Part shown: positions 14,493-21,658 of the stretch, piece after piece
How positions within the stretch are numbered: position 1 is the stretch's first letter
How the letters are laid out: each line of letters begins with the position of its first letter
Origin: Myxococcota bacterium
Lineage (GTDB): Bacteria; Myxococcota; UBA4151
Reading direction: 5' to 3'
DNA length: 21,658 bases
Assembly (NCBI GenBank): GCA_040260805.1
Contig: JBDQPD010000057.1
Span: forward strand, 1-21,658
Made by a program: the position numbers and the translations under genes
Notes under the pieces: generated by a model
Told to the model about the DNA's origin: nothing
Seen by the model: only the letters and a program-made list of their open reading frames with translations
Databases searched by the model: none

Positions 14493-15596
14493 ATGAAAAT
14501 TGCGGATCTTCTAAGGGCAATGCTTGAGGTGGGCGCGTCGGACCTTCATCTGACCGCTGGCGTCCCTCCGTGCATGCGAGTCCATGGCGAGCTTCGCCGG
14601 GTTCAAGGAAACCCGCTGACCGGAGACGATACGCGCAGCCTAGCCTACGCGATCATGACCGACAGTCAGAAGCACAAGTTCGAAGAGCACAACGAGCTCG
14701 ATTTCAGTTTTGGTCTTAAAGGCTTGGCTCGTTTTCGTGGTAATGTTTTTGTCCAGCGCGGCAACGTTGCCGCCGTCTTTCGTGTCATTCCCTATGAGAT
14801 TTTGAGCTTCGAAGCGCTCGGTTTACCGCCTGTCGTCGCTGAGATGGCGAGTCGCCCTCGCGGGTTGATCTTGGTGACCGGACCGACGGGCTCGGGGAAG
14901 TCAACGACGCTCGCCTCGATGATCGATTTGATCAACCGTGAGCGCCGCGAGCACATTGTGACCATCGAAGATCCGATCGAATTTGTTCACGACCACAAGA
15001 ATTGCATCATCAATCAGCGCGAGGTGGGTGCGGACACCATGAGCTTTGGTCGGGCGCTCAAATCGGCGCTGCGTCAAGATCCTGATGTGATTTTGCTGGG
15101 TGAGCTTCGGGACCTTGAGACGATTGAAATAGCACTAAAAATGGCAGAGACAGGTCACCTGGCGCTGGCTACATTGCACACCAACTCCTGCGTCCAAACG
15201 GTCACCCGCGTCGTCGATGCCTTTCCGTCGTCACAGCAATCCCAAATTCGCTTACAGCTCAGCTTCGTGCTTGAAGGTATACTGTGTCAGCAGCTGTTGC
15301 CGACCAAAACGGGGAAAGGGCGAGCGCTTGCGATGGAAATCCTGAACCCGACACCGGCGGTGCGCAACATCATCCGCGAAGACAAATTGCACCAGCTCTA
15401 CGGTCAGATGCAGATCAACCAAGGGGAAACGGGTACGATCACGCTGAATCAAAGCCTCGTTCAGTTGGTCTTGACCAACAAAGTCACGGCGAGCGAAGCG
15501 AGAACCCGAGCCGGGGACGTTAAAGAGTTCGACAAAGCCCTGGCGGAAGCCTCGGGAACCAAGGCGCCAACGGCGCCTCGTCCAAGGGGCCGCTAG
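14493..15596 (+). CDS. pilT: Type IV pilus retraction ATPase PilT
   Basis: ASDLHL, GPTGSGKST, TIEDPIE, ALRQDPD, AETGHL..ATLHT and the AIRNLIRE-like AVRNIIRE motif. Confidence 0.97.
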   Translation: MKIADLLRAMLEVGASDLHLTAGVPPCMRVHGELRRVQGNPLTGDDTRSLAYAIMTDSQKHKFEEHNELDFSFGLKGLARFRGNVFVQRGNVAAVFRVIPYEILSFEALGLPPVVAEMASRPRGLILVTGPTGSGKSTTLASMIDLINRERREHIVTIEDPIEFVHDHKNCIINQREVGADTMSFGRALKSALRQDPDVILLGELRDLETIEIALKMAETGHLALATLHTNSCVQTVTRVVDAFPSSQQSQIRLQLSFVLEGILCQQLLPTKTGKGRALAMEILNPTPAVRNIIREDKLHQLYGQMQINQGETGTITLNQSLVQLVLTNKVTASEARTRAGDVKEFDKALAEASGTKAPTAPRPRGR

Positions 15597-15599
15597 CCT

Positions 15600-16808
15600 A
15601 TGGAGTGGCGGTATACGATTCGCCTGCCCAACGGCATGCGCGAAACCGACAATATCGAAGCCCCGACGGTCGAGTTAGCTCGGCAGCGCCTTGAGGCGCG
15701 CGGCGGCGAGATTCTTGAGGTCAAAAAGGCGCCGAAAGAGTTTTATATTTCGGACCTTATTCCGGGCGCAACCGGTGTATCGACCCGTGATGTCGTGATC
15801 TTTGCGCGTCAGTTCTCAACGATGATCGACGCCGGTCTACCGCTGGTGATGTGCATCGATATTTTGGGTTCTCAGGCTGAGAACCCGATGTTCGGTCGAG
15901 TGCTCAAACAGATCAAGGGTCGAGTCGAAGAGGGTGCATCGCTCTCAGAGGCGATGGCCGAGCATCCAGGCATTTTTGATAAGTTGTTTACCTCGCTGGT
16001 GCTCGCCGGTGAGACCGGTGGTGTGCTCGATACGGTGATGCAGCGTCTTGCGGTGTACAAAGAAAAAGCAGACGGGCTCAAAAAGAAGATCAAGAGCGCG
16101 ATGATGTATCCTGCGATTACCGTGTTCGTCGCCTTGGGTGTGGTGGGGCTCTTGATGACCATGGTGTTGCCGGCATTTAAGTCTATGTTCTCCGACTTTG
16201 GTGGTGACCTTCCCGAGCTGACGCAAAAGGTGATGGCTCTATCGGATTGGATGGTGGCTAATCTGGCGACCATTTTCTTGAGCATCGTCGCTACCTACGT
16301 CACCTGGCTGCTCATCAGGCGCTGGAAAAAGGGTCACTATTACACGGACAAGATCTTTCTAGCCTTACCCATCTTTGGCCCCTTGATCCGCAAAACCGCA
16401 GTGGCTTCGTTTACTCGTACTTTGGGTACGATGCTTCAAAGTGGTGTGAGCATTATTGATGCTTTAGAGATCTGCGGTGAGTCGGCTGGTAACGACATTG
16501 TTGCCGAAGCGATCGACAACACCCGCGCTCAGATTTCAGAGGGCAAAGCGATGGTCGAGCCCTTGCTCGACTCCGGCGTTTTTCCTGCGATGGTGTGTTC
16601 GATGATCGCGGTTGGAGAGCAAAGCGGTGCGCTCGATATCATGCTGACGAAAATCGCAGACTTTTACGACGACGAGGTCGATTCGGCTGTCGATGGTTTG
16701 ACCTCGATGATCGAGCCCTTTTTGATGGTCTTTCTCGGTGGCACCATCGGCACCTTGGTGATTGCCATGTACCTGCCGATTTTCGATATCATCAACCAGG
16801 TCGGCTAG
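15600..16808 (+). CDS. pilC: Type IV pilus inner-membrane platform protein PilC (GspF family)
   Basis: FARQFSTMIDAGLPL, AGETGGVLD, SAMMYP, VGEQSGALD.ML and IEP...AMYLPIF. Confidence 0.97.
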   Translation: MEWRYTIRLPNGMRETDNIEAPTVELARQRLEARGGEILEVKKAPKEFYISDLIPGATGVSTRDVVIFARQFSTMIDAGLPLVMCIDILGSQAENPMFGRVLKQIKGRVEEGASLSEAMAEHPGIFDKLFTSLVLAGETGGVLDTVMQRLAVYKEKADGLKKKIKSAMMYPAITVFVALGVVGLLMTMVLPAFKSMFSDFGGDLPELTQKVMALSDWMVANLATIFLSIVATYVTWLLIRRWKKGHYYTDKIFLALPIFGPLIRKTAVASFTRTLGTMLQSGVSIIDALEICGESAGNDIVAEAIDNTRAQISEGKAMVEPLLDSGVFPAMVCSMIAVGEQSGALDIMLTKIADFYDDEVDSAVDGLTSMIEPFLMVFLGGTIGTLVIAMYLPIFDIINQVG

Positions 16809-16811
16809 CCG

Positions 16812-18419
16812 ATGGCAGGAGCCTCCAGCGTCGTCGTTTTGACCGCTGAACGGTATCGAAATTACCTGATCGGTCGCACGGCGTTGATCATGCTGATGGC
16901 TGGCGCATTGCGAGCGGGCCTAAGTTTCGACATCAGCACTCGTGACCAGAGCATTGCGCTCGACGCTGCGGTGTTCGTCGTGTTGATGGCTTCGATCATC
17001 GGCTTTACGATGATTCGAAGATCCCAAAACCTGAGAAATGCGGCGCTGCCGCAGGTCATGCTCGATCCAATCCTTGCCGGTTTGATCGTCTTTGCGACCG
17101 GCGCCGAAGAGAGCCCGCTGAGTTTCTTTTTTGTGCTCGTTGTGATGAACGGCACCAACGTCATGGGCCGCAAAGGTGCGTTCTCTGCGGCGATTATTTC
17201 GATCGCCACATTGGCTGTGATCACCGCTGCAATTGGACAAGATGGAGCCGTGCAATGGCACGCATTTAGCGCCTCAGAAGCTCGCTCTGTAGGAACTCAC
17301 AGCGTTGCGTTCTTGGCTGCTGCGTGGCTCTCGGCGATGCTTGATTTTCAAGCTCGCGCCGCCAAGATCGAATTGCTTCAACTGCGTGACTTGCATGAGC
17401 GGGTGGTCGAACACCTACCTCACGGCCTTTTATTGGTCGACACCCAAGGATTGATCGCGGTCGCTAACCCGACGGCGCGTGTGATGATTGGAGCGGGGCG
17501 CTTGGTCGGTCGAAGGGTTGGCAGGATTTTGCCCACCTTGGGACGTGTGCCCAGCTCAGGATACCGCGAGGTTGTTCACCGAGTGGGTGATCAAGAGCGT
17601 GTCTTTCGTGCTGCATTCACTCCTTTTTCGAGTGGCACGTTGGTGACGCTAGAAAATATTACAGAGCTGCACGGGATGCAGCAGCAGGTGATGTTCGCGT
17701 CCCGCATGGCCGGTATCGGTCGTATGGCTGCGGGGCTGGCTCATGAGCTGCGCAACCCGCTTGGGAATATGACCGGAGCCGCCCAAGAACTCGACAACTG
17801 CGCCGACCAAAACCTAGCGGATGAACGCGCTCAACTCACACAGATTATTCGGCAAGAAGGCGAGCGTTTAAACAAACTCGTAGAAGAGTTTCTTACGGTC
17901 GCGCGGCCACGACGCCCTGCGCTCGCGCCCAAGGTGATTGAAGAGCTCGCAGGTGAGGTCGTTGACGCCTATGACCAAGGTCCCTTTGGGCGTTCAAACC
18001 CGGTCTCGTTCGACCCAGGAGGAGTCCACACGGTGGATATGGAAGTACAGCAGATGCATCAGCTGCTGCACAATCTCTTGAGCAACGCGGCTCAAGCCTC
18101 CGAAGAGGGACGCCCGGTGCTCATCTCGACGGCGCGCATGGCGGGCGAAGCGGGCGCTCTAGATCAAGTCGTGTTGTCGGTTGAAGATCAGGGCTGCGGC
18201 ATTCCCAAGGATCATTTACAGCGAATCTTCGATCCGTTTTACTCGCGTCGTCGCGGCGGCGGTGGTTCTGGACTAGGTCTAGCCATCGTCATGCGCATTG
18301 TTGTAGATCACGGTGGCCATATCGAGGTTGATTCTGAGCCTGACCGCGGCACCACGATTCACCTTTTCTTTCCGATTAGTCGAGGAACCACGGATGCCGA
18401 GGATACTGATCGTCGATGA
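16812..18419 (+). CDS. pilS: Membrane sensor histidine kinase PilS
   Basis: Multiple N-terminal TM helices, a PAS-like segment, H box AHELRNPL, N box NLLSNA, DQGCGI, FDPFYS and GSGLGL. Position between pilC and an NtrC-type regulator. Confidence 0.88.
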   Translation: MAGASSVVVLTAERYRNYLIGRTALIMLMAGALRAGLSFDISTRDQSIALDAAVFVVLMASIIGFTMIRRSQNLRNAALPQVMLDPILAGLIVFATGAEESPLSFFFVLVVMNGTNVMGRKGAFSAAIISIATLAVITAAIGQDGAVQWHAFSASEARSVGTHSVAFLAAAWLSAMLDFQARAAKIELLQLRDLHERVVEHLPHGLLLVDTQGLIAVANPTARVMIGAGRLVGRRVGRILPTLGRVPSSGYREVVHRVGDQERVFRAAFTPFSSGTLVTLENITELHGMQQQVMFASRMAGIGRMAAGLAHELRNPLGNMTGAAQELDNCADQNLADERAQLTQIIRQEGERLNKLVEEFLTVARPRRPALAPKVIEELAGEVVDAYDQGPFGRSNPVSFDPGGVHTVDMEVQQMHQLLHNLLSNAAQASEEGRPVLISTARMAGEAGALDQVVLSVEDQGCGIPKDHLQRIFDPFYSRRRGGGGSGLGLAIVMRIVVDHGGHIEVDSEPDRGTTIHLFFPISRGTTDAEDTDRR

Positions 18420-19794
18420 TGAAGCGCACCAGTGTACGGTGTTGGGTATCAGCTTCAAGCGGCGAGGATTCGAAGTCGAGACGATGACGGACTGGCGCGC
18501 GGCGGTAAAGCGCGTGGCGAGTCCCGAACCTGCGCTCGATATCATCTTGACCGATTTGCGGATGGAGGAGGGTGACGAAGGCCTTAAAGTCCTCGAAGCC
18601 ACCAAAGCTGCTGACCCGAACCTGCCGGTCATTATTTCAACGGCTTATGCTACCGCCCAGACCGCTGTCGATGCGATGCGCGCCGGCGCTTATCATTACT
18701 TGATCAAGCCGGTTGATCACGATGAACTTGAGGTGGTCGTTGATCGAGCTCTTGAACGCCGTACGCTGGTCGCCGACAACGTGGCTTTGCGCGCTCAGCT
18801 CACCGCCCGTCGAGACCCTGACTTGCTGGGTAAAAGTCTGGCGATGGATCGTGTGCAGAGCTTGATCGGCAAGGTCGCACCCTCGCGCACGACGGTTTTG
18901 ATCACGGGCGAATCGGGCACCGGTAAAGAGCTGGTCGCGCGAGCAATTCATCGCGCTTCGCCGTGGGCTGACGGGCCCTTTGTGCCAATCAACTGCGGCG
19001 CTATCCCGGAAAACCTGGTGGAAGCCGAGCTGTTTGGTTCGCTCAAAGGCGCGTACACCGGCTCGGTGAGTGATCGCGTCGGGCTTTGCCAAGAAGCTCA
19101 TAATGGGACGCTGTTTTTAGATGAGATCGCCGAGCTGCCATTGCAGGCACAAGTTAAGATGCTGCGCATGCTGCAAGAGCGCTGCATTCGGCCGGTCGGC
19201 GGACGCCAAGACATTAATCTCAACGTCCGCGTGTTGGCTGCGACCAATCGGAATTTGAAAGACGAAGTAGCTGCTGGATCGTTTCGAGAGGATCTGTTTT
19301 TTCGTTTGAATGTGGTCGAAATACCGGTCCCGGCTTTGCGCGCACGGCGAGAGGATATACCGGTTTTGGTGAGTCATTTCACAGAGCGTTTCGCCAGCGA
19401 TCAAAGCAAGCCGCTACGGGGCATGACCAAAGCCGCAGAGCGAGCCATTGCGAACCATGATTTCCCAGGAAATGTTCGGGAGCTTGAAAATATTGTTGAG
19501 CGCGGTGTGACGCTTTGTGATGGGGAGTGGATCGACGTCGAAGACCTGCCGCCTGACCTCGGCGGTGGGGATATGTTTCCAGCCTCAGGTGGCGGCACAG
19601 TGGTCACTGAAGACGGTCTGGATATGGAAGCTGCCCTCGAGCTTTATGAGCGCGAGCTTATGGACCAGGCGATGGCCTTATCTGGGCAGGTCAAGACTCG
19701 TGCCGCCGAATTACTTGGCTTGACGTTTAGAAGCTTTCGCTACCGCTATAAAAAGTTGTTTGATGAGTTCGATGATGAGTCTGAAAAGCCTTAA
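18394..19794 (+). CDS. pilR: Sigma54-dependent response regulator PilR (NtrC family)
   Basis: ATG 18394 with SD GAGGA gives MPRILIVDDE. Also TDLRM phosphoacceptor, GESGTGKE, GAYTGS (GAFTGA loop), LFLDEI, FREDLFFRLNV, FPGNVREL and Fis-type HTH ending LTFRSFRYR, typical of PilR. Confidence 0.92.
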   Translation: MPRILIVDDEAHQCTVLGISFKRRGFEVETMTDWRAAVKRVASPEPALDIILTDLRMEEGDEGLKVLEATKAADPNLPVIISTAYATAQTAVDAMRAGAYHYLIKPVDHDELEVVVDRALERRTLVADNVALRAQLTARRDPDLLGKSLAMDRVQSLIGKVAPSRTTVLITGESGTGKELVARAIHRASPWADGPFVPINCGAIPENLVEAELFGSLKGAYTGSVSDRVGLCQEAHNGTLFLDEIAELPLQAQVKMLRMLQERCIRPVGGRQDINLNVRVLAATNRNLKDEVAAGSFREDLFFRLNVVEIPVPALRARREDIPVLVSHFTERFASDQSKPLRGMTKAAERAIANHDFPGNVRELENIVERGVTLCDGEWIDVEDLPPDLGGGDMFPASGGGTVVTEDGLDMEAALELYERELMDQAMALSGQVKTRAAELLGLTFRSFRYRYKKLFDEFDDESEKP

Positions 19795-19925
19795 AAAAAC
19801 AAACCGGCGGCTCGTTGCCGCAGGCTTGCCGATCGCAGTTGAAACGTGTGACAGTACCTTCGTCCCCACTCGGGTATTGCCGTTTCTCCTCGATCCGACC
19901 ATCAGAACTGCATCGGAGGAATAAA

Positions 19926-20510
19926 GTGTTTCTCGATGCACCCCATACATCGAACCTTCGCCCAAGTTGTTTAGCGTTTGTTTTGCTCTTGGGTTGCGAC
20001 GGTTTGACGCAGTTCGATTACGAACTCGATGAAGTGTTTGAAATCCCAGGCCGAAGTAGCGCTTCGGTCCCACCAGGGCGCGTCGTCGATGGAGGTTTTG
20101 ATCCTGACGATCAAGGCTATGACCAATTGCGGCCATCAGGTTTTACAGACGTTGAGATGACTCAGTTACCCACCTTTACTGATCAAGGGATCGGTTTAGA
20201 GCATGTCGATTCACTCAGTCTTTTAGAGGTTGTGGTGACGGCTCAACCCGAGTCCGTTCGCGATCCGTATGCTTATCTTGAGGCGCTTCGGTTTGTTGCA
20301 ATTGTAGGCGATCAGGAGCTTGAGCTGGCGCAAATCGAAGGTGAGGCGTTGTGGCAAAGCGATCGTGTGCTGACCTTGAGCGGCCCGTCGACCAATCTCA
20401 AAGTGTTGCTTGAGCAGCCGGCTACGATTTCGCTCAGGCTCAAGGGAAACCAGCCACTTGGGAATCGATCATTCAGCGTAAAAGCTCGCTTCCGTGTGGA
20501 CCTTTTTTAG
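19926..20510 (+). CDS. Uncharacterised predicted lipoprotein
   Basis: GTG 19926 has GGAGGA 5 nt upstream. Lipobox ...AFVLLLG-C; the mature part looks beta-strand-rich. Confidence 0.72.
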   Translation: MFLDAPHTSNLRPSCLAFVLLLGCDGLTQFDYELDEVFEIPGRSSASVPPGRVVDGGFDPDDQGYDQLRPSGFTDVEMTQLPTFTDQGIGLEHVDSLSLLEVVVTAQPESVRDPYAYLEALRFVAIVGDQELELAQIEGEALWQSDRVLTLSGPSTNLKVLLEQPATISLRLKGNQPLGNRSFSVKARFRVDLF

Positions 20511-20559
20511 CGCTTCTGGCTAAGCCCTGCTCAGAGAATCTGGAAAGGCTCAGTCTGTG

Positions 20560-21495
20560 ATGCAACGTCTGGTTTTAACGTCGTTTGTGATCGGTTTGTC
20601 AGGTTGTGGTGGCTGCGGCGCCAAAACCAAGGTCGAGCCCACTAAAGCTGTGGCTCAACCTCAGCGAGCAGAGCTGCCAGTCGAGCCCGCTCAAGCCCGC
20701 AATGCGTTGATCGAGCAAGTCAAGAAGACGCCGGCGCCAGTGGTGGTGATCGCTCTTGATGGAGAGACGCTGTTTGATGCCTCGGGCAGAAGCCGGCGGA
20801 TCTTCTTAGAGGTGTTAGCCGAAGCGGGAAAAAATGATCTGATGCGCACGGTCATGGAGCGTGTGGAACAAGGCGCCCCGCTGCGAAATCAGGCAGATTA
20901 CATTCGCGCTGCGGGGATTACCGACGAGAAATTGCTCGACCTGCTCAAGCGCCGTTTCAACGAGCGGCTCACCTCGGATGCGTACATCCCCGATGATCAA
21001 CCACGCCAGGGTGGAGAGGCGTTCTTTAGAGCGCTTTATCAGGCCGGGTGTACGTTGGTGTACGTGGGTAAAGATGACCTCATTCGAAGCGGGCCGGGCT
21101 GGATTCAGGTGTTGCGCAACAACAGCTACCCAGTGCTCGCCCCGCGTGCCTACCTCATGCTCCCTCCTCGGCCAGGGTCGGGTGATGAAGCGTTCGAGAA
21201 GGACCGCTTCGAGACCATCGCAGGTTTGGGTGAGGTGGTGGCGACCTTCTCGGTGCTCAAAGCGGACCAAGATAAACTCGCAAAGGCTTACCCCAAGGCA
21301 CACGCTGTGGTGATGCAGCCCCTGACCAAGAGTGATCGGCCAGGCTGGGTTGATTTTAAGATGCCTCCTCCCGCACCACCTGTGGTCGATGCTGAGGAAG
21401 CCAGTGCTGCGACCGGTGGATCGACGACTGGAGTTTCGACGCCTGAGAGTGCGACCGGAACGACGGGTTCAGCGGGAGCGACTGGCGCACCGTGA
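20560..21495 (+). CDS. Predicted lipoprotein with a degenerate HAD-like (acid phosphatase-like) domain and a Pro/Thr/Gly-rich tail
   Basis: Lipobox LSG-C. The HAD scaffold is recognisable (VVVIALDGETLFD, D.P..GG..F...LY.AG..LVYV, GEVVATF), but the catalytic positions are substituted. Confidence 0.68.
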   Translation: MQRLVLTSFVIGLSGCGGCGAKTKVEPTKAVAQPQRAELPVEPAQARNALIEQVKKTPAPVVVIALDGETLFDASGRSRRIFLEVLAEAGKNDLMRTVMERVEQGAPLRNQADYIRAAGITDEKLLDLLKRRFNERLTSDAYIPDDQPRQGGEAFFRALYQAGCTLVYVGKDDLIRSGPGWIQVLRNNSYPVLAPRAYLMLPPRPGSGDEAFEKDRFETIAGLGEVVATFSVLKADQDKLAKAYPKAHAVVMQPLTKSDRPGWVDFKMPPPAPPVVDAEEASAATGGSTTGVSTPESATGTTGSAGATGAP

Positions 21496-21658
21496 CCGAC
21501 GCAATGAGCTTCACTTCACCTCAAGGTGTGGCTCTATGCCTTGGTGTCTTTGATGGTGTTCATAAAGGGCATCAAGCGCTGGTAACTCAGTGCGTTAAAG
21601 AAGCTTCGAGTCGCCACTTAATCCCGATGGTGCATTCGTTTGAGCCGCACCCTGCCGC
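21492..21658 (+). CDS. ribF: Bifunctional riboflavin kinase/FAD synthetase, 5' part (runs off the window; not in the ORF track)
   Basis: My translation from GTG 21492 (or ATG 21504): ...VALCLGVFDGVHKGHQALV...MVHSFEPHPA, containing the RibF GxFDGVHxGH and FxPHP motifs. GTGA overlap with the preceding stop. Confidence 0.93.
   Translation, partial: MTDAMSFTSPQGVALCLGVFDGVHKGHQALVTQCVKEASSRHLIPMVHSFEPHPA

Noticed and set aside
19795..19830. Sigma54 promoter or terminator after pilR (CCGGCGGCTCGTTGCCG next to an A-run)
   Set aside because: GG-to-GC spacing is 9 nt. The hairpin relies on G-U pairs on the plus strand and has no downstream U-tract; on the minus strand those pairs become mismatches.
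21576..21658. tRNA-like look (GCTGGTAACTCAG...TTAATCC...TTCG)
   Set aside because: No consistent cloverleaf (oversized D-loop, no proper T-arm), and the stretch is in-frame ribF coding sequence (GHQALV...FEPHP).

Overview
Gene-dense bacterial chromosomal segment that looks like Myxococcota/Deltaproteobacteria, judged from the pilB-pilT-pilC-pilS-pilR order, the PilB N-terminus and the DxG-rich lipoproteins. Left to right: (1) 3' end of a BatA/VWA-type membrane protein. (2) A minus-strand run: peptide ABC substrate-binding lipoprotein, two permeases, nagZ, a 173-aa repeat lipoprotein and a JmjC/cupin oxygenase. (3) Divergent dacB (PBP4). (4) ssb, a radC-like JAB gene, then dnaB-yacG-thioesterase-sspB-like. 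(5) The type IVa pilus pilBTC-pilSR operon with no pilA behind it. (6) Two uncharacterised lipoproteins, one an apparently dead HAD phosphatase. (7) The 5' end of ribF, which is not in the ORF track. I see no RNA genes, CRISPR arrays or mobile elements. The best candidate for an undescribed system is the translationally coupled pair of a DxG/PMPPPR repeat lipoprotein and a JmjC hydroxylase, possibly a substrate plus its modifying enzyme. Second is a putative ABC-type peptidoglycan-recycling locus lacking its ATPase. All assignments come from motif recognition by eye; no database searches were run.
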